A program made the position numbers and the translations under genes. The notes beneath the pieces are model-generated. The model was given only the letters and a program-made list of their open reading frames with translations. It was not told the DNA's origin and ran no database searches. Below are positions 7,560-15,388 of a DNA stretch of 64,000 nucleotides, one piece after another. The stretch spans positions 12,225 to 76,224 of the forward strand of contig CADADB010000013.1 in NCBI GenBank assembly GCA_902786595.1, read 5' to 3'. The stretch's first letter is position 1. Each line of letters starts with the position of its first letter. This stretch comes from an uncultured Bacteroidota bacterium. Its GTDB lineage: Bacteria; Bacteroidota; Bacteroidia; Bacteroidales; WCHB1-69.

Positions 7560-9035
7560 ATGGACGACAAAGTAACATTCCAAGGATATAAAGGCAGAGC
7601 ACTGGAAATGCTCAAAAAATACGACGTCCACGTGTGGGACAAGGCCGAGGTCGAGACCACCCGCGGGCACTTCTCGGGCAAAATCCTGCCCAGAGCCGAG
7701 AACACCGACGACATTCACATCGTCATGAAGGTGGCTACGGGCTACAACATCGGCATCGACATCGAGACGGTGACCGACATGAAGGGCGAGCGCGACCCGC
7801 AGCCCGTCTTCAAGATTCCGGAGAAGGAGTTCCCCTACACGCCCGGTCTGCCGCACGTGAAGCTGCTCGGCACCGGTGGCACCATCGCCTCGCGGTTGGA
7901 CTACCGCACCGGCGCGGTAATCCCCGCCTTCTCGCCCGGCGAGCTCTACGGCGCTGTGCCCGAGTTGGCCGACATCTGCAACCTAGAGACCGAAAAGGTC
8001 TTCGCCGTCTTCTCCGAGAACATGTCGCCGACGGAGTACATGGCTCTGGCCAACAAGATCGGCGACGAGATCAAGAAAGGCATCGAGGGCATCGTCATCG
8101 GCCACGGCACGGACACGCTGGCGCACACCGCCACCGCATTGACCTACATGTGCCAGAACCTGCCCATGCCGGTGGTGTTGGTCGGCTCGCAGCGAAGCTC
8201 CGACCGTCCGAGTTCTGACGCGGCGTTGAACCTCATGCACGCCATGACGGCCGCCGGTCACGGTGACATCGCCGAGGTGATGGTCTGCATGTTCGGACCC
8301 ACCAGCGACGACTACGGTTTCCTGCACCGCGGCACCCGCGTGAGGAAGATGCACAGCTCCTACCGTTCCACGTTCCGCACCATTGGCGACACGCCGTTGG
8401 CCACCGTGAACCGCAAGGACGGCGTACAGCCCATCAAGGAGGTCTATAACCACCGCCGCCACGGCGAGCAGCACCGCAAGGTCGAGGTCATCACCAACTA
8501 CGAGGACTACAAGCGCAGTCTGGCTCTCAACGACCCGAACGTCACCCGTATCGTGCCGACATTCGACGACCGCGTGGCCATCCTCTACTACTATCCCGGC
8601 ATGAAACCCGACGTGTTGGATGCCTTAATCGACAACGGCTACAAGGGCATCGTGTGGAACGGCACCGGCTTGGGCCACGTCAACAAGCACATGTTCGACG
8701 CCATCCAGCGGGCCACTGACGCGGGCGTACACCAGTACATGAGCGTGCAGACCATCTGGGGCTACACCCACATGTTCGTCTATGACACCGGCCGCGACAT
8801 GATGGCGCGCGGCATCATCCCCGCCGACAATATGCTGGCGGAGAGCTCCTACATCAAACTCGGCTGGGCGTTGGGACTGACCAAAGAGAGCGGCCAGAAG
8901 CGCGAGGACGTGAAGAAGCTGATGCTCACCCCCATCAACGACGAAATCACCAAGCGCGAACCCTACGACGGCTACCTCGTCTATCAAGGCGGTGTGCCGG
9001 AGGTGGAAGAGTTCGTGAAGAAAGTGAGGAAGTAG
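7560..9035 (+). CDS. gatD: GatD-like protein (archaeal-type Glu-tRNA(Gln) amidotransferase subunit D; asparaginase-fold)
   Basis: ATG at 7560 (the ORF track begins at TTG 7554). Motifs: GTGGTIASRLDYRTGAV, GIVIGHGTDTLAHTATAL, VGSQRSSDRPSSDAALNL. An N-terminal ~90-aa extra domain is present, as in GatD. Confidence 0.85.
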   Translation: MDDKVTFQGYKGRALEMLKKYDVHVWDKAEVETTRGHFSGKILPRAENTDDIHIVMKVATGYNIGIDIETVTDMKGERDPQPVFKIPEKEFPYTPGLPHVKLLGTGGTIASRLDYRTGAVIPAFSPGELYGAVPELADICNLETEKVFAVFSENMSPTEYMALANKIGDEIKKGIEGIVIGHGTDTLAHTATALTYMCQNLPMPVVLVGSQRSSDRPSSDAALNLMHAMTAAGHGDIAEVMVCMFGPTSDDYGFLHRGTRVRKMHSSYRSTFRTIGDTPLATVNRKDGVQPIKEVYNHRRHGEQHRKVEVITNYEDYKRSLALNDPNVTRIVPTFDDRVAILYYYPGMKPDVLDALIDNGYKGIVWNGTGLGHVNKHMFDAIQRATDAGVHQYMSVQTIWGYTHMFVYDTGRDMMARGIIPADNMLAESSYIKLGWALGLTKESGQKREDVKKLMLTPINDEITKREPYDGYLVYQGGVPEVEEFVKKVRK

Positions 9036-9038
9036 CGG

Positions 9039-9066
9039 CTTACGATTTACGGTTTACGGTTTGCGG
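9039..9066 (+). repeat. Heptanucleotide tandem array (TTTACGG-type x 4)
   Basis: cttacga tttacgg tttacgg tttgcgg. The last two units form the 5' arm of the hairpin at 9052-9089. Confidence 0.85.
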
Positions 9067-9094
9067 TATTGAAATCGCAAACCGTAAACTTTTC
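9052..9094 (+). terminator. Intrinsic terminator after gatD
   Basis: Perfect 14-bp stem gtttacggtttgcg (9052-9065) / cgcaaaccgtaaac (9076-9089), 10-nt loop, then tttt. Confidence 0.75.
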
Positions 9095-10126
9095 TTATTT
9101 GTTCGCCTTCTCCTCTTCGTTGTTGTACCAATTCAGATATTCTGCGGTATATTGTCGGCCTGAATCCACCAACTTCTGTTTTTTCACATCGGATATGTCA
9201 AAATCGATAGCTCTGACCCCGAGCGTGTCGATATAGATCGTGCGCTGCCAGTCATCACTGTGCAAGTGGATACTGTCCTGGAAGTCGATGAGCGTGGTCA
9301 CTAACGCTTTGGTATAGGTAAAGAAGGTGTTGATCTTGTTGCGGACAACTGGCTTGTGGGCAAGATACATCGAGATGTCTTCTTTCGCGTCCAAACGGAA
9401 GCCCAAAGTTTCTCTGTTATAAACGTAAGGGTTATCCTCCAAAACTTCCTGATAGCTTTTTTTAGTGTTGATTTTATCATAGTAGTCTGTGCGGCGGATG
9501 TTCTTTTTCTTGTCATCCACAAACTTTTCCCTGTCAAAGGTTTTGATGGAATAGTTGTCCAAAAGTCCCCCATCCACGTAAATGTGCTTCTCTTCGTCGC
9601 CCGCTTTCACGGAGGCGAAAAACAGCGGGATGGACATGGAAATGCGGGCCGCATCCGCTATTTTCATTCCACCTGTCTCCTTATTGTTGTAAAACAGTTT
9701 GGAAACGCCCGTTGAGAGATCGGCACCTACCAGATAAATTTCCCTGTATTTTTGTGTGGCGGTAAGTTGCGCAAAGGTCATCTCGCCGTCGCCCGTTTTC
9801 CTTTTAATCAAGTCGGCCATCAAGTCGCGGAAATAGTCGCCCTTATACCAGCCGTATTCCTCAATAAGACGCTTCGTGTCGCGCACAATGCCGAACGAGC
9901 TGTCTAGAAACTTCTTGAAATTCAGTTCCCAGAGAACCTCCCGCACCTCTTCGGCGGTGTAGCGCAATCCGACCAGAACCGCCATCATGGCACCGGCGGA
10001 AGTGCCTGCCACTCGTTTGACATTCTGCAGAATACCCTCTTTTTCAAGCACTTCAAGCGCTCCCACGTAGGCAATGCCCTTCACACCGCCGCCCTCAAAA
10101 ACCAGATTGTGAAAATGATAAGCCAT
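9095..10126 (-). CDS. Patatin-like phospholipase
   Basis: The oxyanion motif FEGGGVKGIAYVGAL, the nucleophile motif GTSAGA and the catalytic Asp motif VDGGLLDNY are all present. Confidence 0.85.
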   Translation of the reverse strand: MAYHFHNLVFEGGGVKGIAYVGALEVLEKEGILQNVKRVAGTSAGAMMAVLVGLRYTAEEVREVLWELNFKKFLDSSFGIVRDTKRLIEEYGWYKGDYFRDLMADLIKRKTGDGEMTFAQLTATQKYREIYLVGADLSTGVSKLFYNNKETGGMKIADAARISMSIPLFFASVKAGDEEKHIYVDGGLLDNYSIKTFDREKFVDDKKKNIRRTDYYDKINTKKSYQEVLEDNPYVYNRETLGFRLDAKEDISMYLAHKPVVRNKINTFFTYTKALVTTLIDFQDSIHLHSDDWQRTIYIDTLGVRAIDFDISDVKKQKLVDSGRQYTAEYLNWYNNEEEKANK

Positions 10127-10251
10127 ATTTTTTGATTATGATGATCTTGAAATCAATTTGCAAAAATAAAAAATATCGGAACGACAAACAATTTCCACTC
10201 ATCTTTCCCCGGCAACTGCATTAAAAAAAATTTTGGTGCGGTTGCCATTCT

Positions 10252-10279
10252 ATAACCAATAACCCATAACCAATAACCA
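10252..10279 (+). repeat. Heptanucleotide tandem array (ATAACCM x 4)
   Basis: ataacca ataaccc ataacca ataacca. It shares a 20-nt identical word with 60428-60455. Confidence 0.9.
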
Positions 10280-10289
10280 TTAAAAAATG

Positions 10290-10297
10290 TATTTTTG
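10290..10297 (+). promoter_or_regulatory. -7 box (TATTTTTG) for hemW
   Basis: tatttttg lies 16 nt upstream of ATG 10313. Confidence 0.6.
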
Positions 10298-10312
10298 CCT
10301 TTTGAAAGAATC

Positions 10313-11455
10313 ATGGCCGGCCTCTACATCCATATCCCGTTCTGCAAGTCCAAATGCGTCTATTGCGGTTTCTATTCCACTGTTAACCAGAAGGATGTGG
10401 ACAAATATGTAAGCTTTTTGATAAAAGAGATGGCACTGCGTTGCCGCGAGGCCAACGGTGAATCGATTAAAACCATCTATTTCGGCGGCGGCACCCCTTC
10501 TGTCTTACAAATTTCTCAATTACAGCAAATTATAGATTTTGCAAAGAAGTGTTTTTCTTTTGAAGAGAATATGGAGATGACTATCGAGGCCAATCCCGAA
10601 CAGCTGACTGCCGATTACTGCCGTAATCTTAAAACATTGGGATTCAACAGAATAAGTATCGGTATTCAGTCTTTTCACGATGAAATACTACAGTTTTTGG
10701 GAAGAAAACATTCTGCGAAGGAGGCCTTGCAGGCAGTGGAGAATGCGCACCATGCCGGTTTCGAGAACATCTCCATTGACCTCATCTATGGCGTGAATGA
10801 GCGCAATAACGAACGGTGGCAGAAAGAGTTGGACACAGCATTCCATTTACCGATAAAACATTTCTCCGCCTACGCCTTGACGGTCGAAGAGAATTCACTA
10901 CTCTACCGCCGTATCCACCAGCACAAAACCGTGGAGCCCGATGAGGATTTGGCATCCATGCAATATAATATATTGTCGGAAGTCGTGGAGAACTCACCAT
11001 TCGCACAGTACGAGGTCTCTAACTTCGCGATGAAGGGCTGGGAGTCCAAGCACAACTCCGCCTATTGGCACCGCGTACCCTACATCGGGCTGGGGGCTTC
11101 GGCACACTCTTACGACGGGCAACACCGCTCTTGGAACGCCCCGAACCTCAGCGGTTATTTCGCCCAAATCGAGGAGGGAAAAACCTACCATGAGCGCGAA
11201 ACACTCACCGACATTGACCAATACAACGAATTCGTGCTCTTGGGCTTACGCACGCGCACCGGCATAAACCTGTGCGAGATGAAAGATCTTTTCGGTCACG
11301 AAAGAACCGTCTCATTCCTGAAATACTTCGAATCGGAGGTAGAAAGCGAATACTATCGTTTGGATGATCATCACATTCGGCTCACTCCGCAAGGGCTTTG
11401 GTATGCTGACGGCATCGCCAGCGGCGCTTTCCTCACAAACATTGTTGACGATTAA
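10313..11455 (+). CDS. hemW: Radical-SAM heme chaperone HemW (HemN-like, coproporphyrinogen oxidase family)
   Basis: The start MAGLYIHIPFCKSKCVYCGFYS carries the CxxxCxxC radical-SAM motif, and GGGTPS follows. Start taken at ATG 10313 rather than TTG 10295. Confidence 0.85.
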   Translation: MAGLYIHIPFCKSKCVYCGFYSTVNQKDVDKYVSFLIKEMALRCREANGESIKTIYFGGGTPSVLQISQLQQIIDFAKKCFSFEENMEMTIEANPEQLTADYCRNLKTLGFNRISIGIQSFHDEILQFLGRKHSAKEALQAVENAHHAGFENISIDLIYGVNERNNERWQKELDTAFHLPIKHFSAYALTVEENSLLYRRIHQHKTVEPDEDLASMQYNILSEVVENSPFAQYEVSNFAMKGWESKHNSAYWHRVPYIGLGASAHSYDGQHRSWNAPNLSGYFAQIEEGKTYHERETLTDIDQYNEFVLLGLRTRTGINLCEMKDLFGHERTVSFLKYFESEVESEYYRLDDHHIRLTPQGLWYADGIASGAFLTNIVDD

Positions 11456-11477
11456 TGATTTAGACACTTCCAACAAC

Positions 11478-11536
11478 CTAAGTCATAGTCTAAGTCATAG
11501 CCTAAGCCTCAAGTCTCAAGTCTTAAGTCTCAAGTC
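11478..11536 (+). repeat. Compound tandem array (12-mer CTAAGTCATAGY x 2, then heptamer CTYAAGT x 4)
   Basis: ctaagtcatagt ctaagtcatagc ctaagc ctcaagt ctcaagt cttaagt ctcaagt c. It sits between the convergent hemW and ogt stops. A 22-nt word is repeated in inverted orientation at 56918-56956. Confidence 0.9.
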
Positions 11537-12146
11537 AAAACAACGTCGGTTCCCAACTATGGAGACCTTCCGTCTTGGCGCCGGACTTTGCCTCCATATT
11601 CAGCAGTTTGATTTTACGGGAGACATCCCACCGGTAGCCACCAAGAGTGCCATTGGTGCAGACCACGCGGTGGCAGGGCACGATGCACATCACCGGATTG
11701 GCGCCCACAGCTTGTCCCACCGGCCGGGCTGCTTTGGGTCGGCTAATCCGTTCGGCGATGTGCCGGTAGGTGGTCACCATGCCGTTGGGGATCGTGAGCA
11801 AATCGCTCCAAACCTCAAGTTGGAACGGCGTACCATACAGGTGCAGACATAGACTCGACACCTTGTCATTGCGACGACGGAGCAGCAAAAGGGCTTTCTT
11901 GTGCAAAGACACGATGCGGTTGCGGAATCGCGCCTTAGGGAAATGCCGCTTCAGCGTTGCTTCGGGTTCCCACTTCATGGCGGCGGGCATGATGAAACAG
12001 ATTCCCTTGGATGTCGAAGCAATCAACACGCGCCCGATGGGAGCGGACTGGATGCTGTAGCTGATGGCGAGGGGCTTCTCTTTGCCCAAGAATTCCTCCC
12101 GCGACATCGGCTCAATCCAGATGCGGCAGTGTTTTTTGTTGTTCAT
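11535..12146 (-). CDS. ogt: Methylated-DNA--protein-cysteine methyltransferase
   Basis: The active-site motif IVPCHRVV is present, along with the helix-turn-wing region RPVGQAVGANP. The start was moved to ATG 12146 (MNNKKH), downstream of the -7 box. Confidence 0.85.
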   Translation of the reverse strand: MNNKKHCRIWIEPMSREEFLGKEKPLAISYSIQSAPIGRVLIASTSKGICFIMPAAMKWEPEATLKRHFPKARFRNRIVSLHKKALLLLRRRNDKVSSLCLHLYGTPFQLEVWSDLLTIPNGMVTTYRHIAERISRPKAARPVGQAVGANPVMCIVPCHRVVCTNGTLGGYRWDVSRKIKLLNMEAKSGAKTEGLHSWEPTLF

Positions 12147-12164
12147 TTTGAGTGAATTAGACGG

Positions 12165-12172
12165 CAAAGATA
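12165..12172 (-). promoter_or_regulatory. -7 box (TATCTTTG on minus strand) for ogt
   Basis: caaagata at 12165-12172, 19 nt upstream of ATG 12146. Confidence 0.6.
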
Positions 12173-12232
12173 CAAAAATATACATGCTCCTCCGTTTTGA
12201 AACTGAAAATAGTATCAAAGGTGAAAATTATG

Positions 12233-12240
12233 TATTTTTG
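12233..12240 (+). promoter_or_regulatory. -7 box (TATTTTTG) for the second GH20 gene
   Basis: tatttttg at 12233-12240, 38 nt upstream of ATG 12278. Confidence 0.6.
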
Positions 12241-12277
12241 CCGCACAAGTTTTTCTCAGAAAATAAAAATCCCGAAT

Positions 12278-13912
12278 ATGAAAAAAATCACCCTGTTGAC
12301 CATCATCCTCGCGGCCGTTATGCTATTCGGCTGCCAGAAACCCAAAGCCATCGTGGTGGTTCCCGAACCCGTGGAAATCACCCCGAAAGGCGGACAATTC
12401 ACCATCGACAACCAGACGATGCTCTGCTTCGACAACCTCGGGGCCGAATCCTCCGAAACCTCGAAGATGATCCGCAATCTTTACGAGAGTTACTTCAAGC
12501 TCCGCCCTAACCTCGGCGACGCAGAGAGCGCGAAAAAGCACTCCATCCTCTTCAGCATCAGCAAAAAAGAGATCAAGAACATCGGTGACGAGGGGTACGT
12601 CCTCACAGTGAAGCCCAACCGCATCGTGGCGGAGGCCAACACCACCGCCGGACTCTTCTACGCCATGCAGACGCTGATGCAGATGGCTGGCACCGACAAG
12701 CTGGCCGACAACAAGACCTTCGCAGTGCCGTGTGCCGTCATCACCGACTACCCGCGATTCACATACCGTGGCGCACACCTCGACGTGTCACGCCACTTCT
12801 TCGACACCGCCTTCGTGAAGAAGTACATCGACATGCTGGCGTTCTTCAAGATCAACAAGTTCCACTGGCATCTCACCGACGACCACGGCTGGCGCGTACA
12901 GATCGACCGATACCCGGAACTCACTCGCGTGGGCGCGTGGCGTCCCGAACGCACCTCCTGGGACACGCTGCACCCGGTGATGCCCGACGAGCCCATGACC
13001 TACGGCGGCTTCTACACCAAAGAGCAGATCCGCGACATCGTGCGCTATGCCGCCGCCCGTCACATCGACATTATCCCCGAGATTGAGATTCCCGGCCACT
13101 GCAGTGCCATCCTCGCCGCCTACCCGCAGTACGCCTGCGACGACTACCCCTACACCGTGGCCGTGGGTCCCTACTGGCCGCCGAAAGCCATCATGTGCGC
13201 CGGCAACGACGGCGTGCTCACCTTCTACAAGAACGTGCTCACCGAAGTGGCCGAGCTCTTCCCCTACCCGCTCATCCACATCGGCGGCGACGAGGCCTTC
13301 AACGACAACTGGCAGGTCTGCCCGAAATGCCAGCAACGTATTCAAGACAAGGGACTTAGAAACGAGTTTGAGCTCCAGCAGTGGCTGATGAACCAAATCG
13401 AGCATCATCTGGATTCGCTCGGCAAGAAGGCCATCATTTGGGACGACATCGTGTCGGACGACATGGTGAACACCTCCACCATCATGTGCTGGCAGGGCCT
13501 CGACGTGGCGAAGACCGCCGCCAAGCACGGCAACGACGTCATCATGTGCCCGACCACCCACTGCTACTTCAACTACTACCAAAGCAAGGACAAGGACGAG
13601 CGGCTCTGCATGGAGGGTTATGTCTCCTTGGGCAAGGCCTACTCCTTCGACCCGATGCCGGAGGGCCTGAGCGAAGCGCAACAGAAGCACATCCTCGGCG
13701 GACAGTGCAACCTCTGGACCGAGTTCGTGAACGACCCCGAAACGGCCGAATACATGATCATGCCGCGCCTGTTCGCCCTCTCGGAGTGCGTCTGGAGCCC
13801 GAAAGAGAAGAAAGACCCGAAGAAATTCGCCACCAAGGTCGATTTCGAGCGCAATCTGATGAAGAAGTTGGGGTACAGGCCTTCGAACAGAACGGTAATG
13901 GAACTGGAATAG
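12278..13912 (+). CDS. GH20 beta-N-acetylhexosaminidase lipoprotein (second paralog)
   Basis: Lipoprotein signal MKKITLLTIILAAVMLFGC. GH20 motifs: RGAHLDVSRHF, FHWHLTDDHGWR, HIGGDEAFNDNW. Confidence 0.9.
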   Translation: MKKITLLTIILAAVMLFGCQKPKAIVVVPEPVEITPKGGQFTIDNQTMLCFDNLGAESSETSKMIRNLYESYFKLRPNLGDAESAKKHSILFSISKKEIKNIGDEGYVLTVKPNRIVAEANTTAGLFYAMQTLMQMAGTDKLADNKTFAVPCAVITDYPRFTYRGAHLDVSRHFFDTAFVKKYIDMLAFFKINKFHWHLTDDHGWRVQIDRYPELTRVGAWRPERTSWDTLHPVMPDEPMTYGGFYTKEQIRDIVRYAAARHIDIIPEIEIPGHCSAILAAYPQYACDDYPYTVAVGPYWPPKAIMCAGNDGVLTFYKNVLTEVAELFPYPLIHIGGDEAFNDNWQVCPKCQQRIQDKGLRNEFELQQWLMNQIEHHLDSLGKKAIIWDDIVSDDMVNTSTIMCWQGLDVAKTAAKHGNDVIMCPTTHCYFNYYQSKDKDERLCMEGYVSLGKAYSFDPMPEGLSEAQQKHILGGQCNLWTEFVNDPETAEYMIMPRLFALSECVWSPKEKKDPKKFATKVDFERNLMKKLGYRPSNRTVMELE

Positions 13913-13916
13913 TTCA

Positions 13917-13943
13917 ATTCACCATTCACTATTCACTATTCAC
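13917..13943 (+). repeat. Heptanucleotide tandem array (ATTCACY x 4)
   Basis: attcacc attcact attcact attcac. It begins 5 nt after the GH20 stop codon. Confidence 0.9.
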
Positions 13944-13948
13944 AAAGA

Positions 13949-13976
13949 TTGGGGCCGTCCGGTGGGGCGGCCTCAA
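13949..13976. terminator. Hairpin between the convergent GH20 and HEPN genes
   Basis: ttggggccg / cggcctcaa is a 9-bp stem with one G-U pair and a 10-nt loop. The flanks are only weakly T-rich. Confidence 0.45.
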
Positions 13977-13979
13977 TTA

Positions 13980-14381
13980 TTACAACGTATTACAAATCCC
14001 TATCATCTTATCCAACAATATTTTAACCATCGGCAAATAGCGTTGAATTTCTTCTTCAGTAACTTCCACAAAGTCTTCATAATCACCCTCTTGTCGTAAT
14101 GAGAATAATTTCCGGATCAGTCGGATGTCTTCTGTTGACAATAACCCTTGTTGTACAAGATGGAGACTTATCATCGCAATAACACCCGCATGGGTGTGAG
14201 CGGCCAATCCCTTCTTGATTAATATTGCTGTTGAAGCATAAAACAAAGCATAATACAAACGATTGGCCGCAATGTTCCATAAACCAATTGCCGACACCTT
14301 TTCCGCTTCATCAATGGCATTTTGTGCTTTTTCAATACGGTAACTCACTACCGCAACTCTTTCTTCTTCAGACAAGCTCAT
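13980..14381 (-). CDS. HEPN domain protein (toxin partner of a HEPN/MNT pair)
   Basis: 133 aa. It has the HEPN-like helical pattern (NRLYYALFYASTAIL...H) and the R(x4-6)H-type region LRQEGDYEDF. It overlaps the upstream MNT gene by 4 nt (ATGA). Confidence 0.75.
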   Translation of the reverse strand: MSLSEEERVAVVSYRIEKAQNAIDEAEKVSAIGLWNIAANRLYYALFYASTAILIKKGLAAHTHAGVIAMISLHLVQQGLLSTEDIRLIRKLFSLRQEGDYEDFVEVTEEEIQRYLPMVKILLDKMIGICNTL

Positions 14382-14698
14382 AATTCGATATGCTCTTTTA
14401 AGACATTAAATTTAAATAAGGACGGCGGTGCCGTTTCCCATTGTTTCGTGTTATAGGTAAAAGCGTTGATTTCCTCCCCGATTTGGAGTCCTTTCCACCA
14501 TAAGTCGTATGAAATGTCGCTTCGTGCATCAAAATTCATGTCAGGATCGTTGACCAACACAATAACATCCCAGTCTGAGTCCTGGCGAGCAGTACCTTTG
14601 GCACGCGAACCATACAGTAAAATCCGCGCACTAGGATCCACCGACAGCACTGTCTTTCGGATAAGATCAATAACATTTTTTGTGTCAACAACTTCCAT
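14378..14698 (-). CDS. Minimal nucleotidyltransferase (MNT) domain protein (antitoxin partner)
   Basis: Motifs: LYGSRAKGTARQDSDWDVIVLV (the GS...DxD nucleotidyltransferase signature). The start was moved to ATG 14698 (MEVVD) because the -7 box lies inside the longer ORF. Confidence 0.8.
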   Translation of the reverse strand: MEVVDTKNVIDLIRKTVLSVDPSARILLYGSRAKGTARQDSDWDVIVLVNDPDMNFDARSDISYDLWWKGLQIGEEINAFTYNTKQWETAPPSLFKFNVLKEHIEL

Positions 14699-14717
14699 AC
14701 TTACATTTTTCAATCGG

Positions 14718-14725
14718 CAAAGATA
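14718..14725 (-). promoter_or_regulatory. -7 box (TATCTTTG on minus strand) for the MNT-HEPN operon
   Basis: caaagata at 14718-14725, 20 nt upstream of ATG 14698. Confidence 0.6.
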
Positions 14726-14814
14726 CATTATTTTCAATCACACGGTTGTTTCCGTGCGCATTTAATTTGTGCGGAGAGGTTTCCACACATGAAGAAATCA
14801 TGTAAACAGCCAAA

Positions 14815-15294
14815 TCATCTTTCCTCTAACAACGGCAAGTGATCCTCCTTCAAAAGATTCATTCTTGTCGTGAGCATATCGGCATACTCTTTGGTTGCAG
14901 GCACATTGATGGGATAGCAATCGGAAATGTCTTCGCCGTTGTTCACTTTCAAAGCCCATTCTTCCATCAGTTTAATATACAAATCCAATGCACTATGTGC
15001 GGATGGAGCACTTAAAATGTCAATATAGGCCGAAGGAAGATCACCTACGATTACCCAAACATGATCGTCTGCCCCTTTTGCAACATCAGGCACGATTTCA
15101 AAACAGAAGAGGCCAATAACATATCCACAAGAATAGACCAACCAACCCTTATTGATAGACAAACACCATGGAAAGGATAACAAATAACTATAGGCTTCCT
15201 TTGACAACTCTTTTACTTCATCGACATATTCAATCTGCTCGAAGTTCCTGTCCAATTCATCCTGGCTCACCCATTTTTTGGTATCAACTTCCAT
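14815..15294 (-). CDS. Hypothetical protein, 159 aa (possibly DUF4826-like; unverified)
   Basis: Clean ORF with its own -7 box. No motif I can assign with confidence. Low GC, like the neighbouring TA pair. Confidence 0.55.
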   Translation of the reverse strand: MEVDTKKWVSQDELDRNFEQIEYVDEVKELSKEAYSYLLSFPWCLSINKGWLVYSCGYVIGLFCFEIVPDVAKGADDHVWVIVGDLPSAYIDILSAPSAHSALDLYIKLMEEWALKVNNGEDISDCYPINVPATKEYADMLTTRMNLLKEDHLPLLEER

Positions 15295-15321
15295 ATAAAC
15301 GTGATTTTCTTATTGTGACGG

Positions 15322-15329
15322 CAAAAATA
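15322..15329 (-). promoter_or_regulatory. -7 box (TATTTTTG on minus strand) for the 159-aa ORF
   Basis: caaaaata at 15322-15329, 28 nt upstream of ATG 15294. Confidence 0.55.
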
Positions 15330-15388
15330 CTAAACAATTGCTTTCAGCACATGATTTGCCCAAATTCGAAAATGTGTTGCAAATGTTT

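Noticed and set aside
5579-9035. Using the high GC of gatE-gatD as evidence for horizontal transfer.
   Set aside because: Other clearly native genes in the window (the second GH20 gene, glyA, PBP1A, creD) show similarly GC3-rich codon usage. Composition alone does not discriminate; phylogeny is required.
9095-10126. The patatin-like phospholipase as the effector of a CBASS/defence system.
   Set aside because: No cyclase, sensor or other defence gene is adjacent (the neighbours are gatD and hemW). It looks like a stand-alone lipase.
12197-12277. N-terminal extensions given by the ORF track for several genes (12197, 20256, 5474, 2989, 12218, 14737, 56960, 40598, 10295, 5555, 7554).
   Set aside because: The extensions run through TAnnTTTG promoter boxes or start at TTG. 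An internal ATG gives a proper signal peptide or the conserved N-terminus, so the starts were moved downstream.
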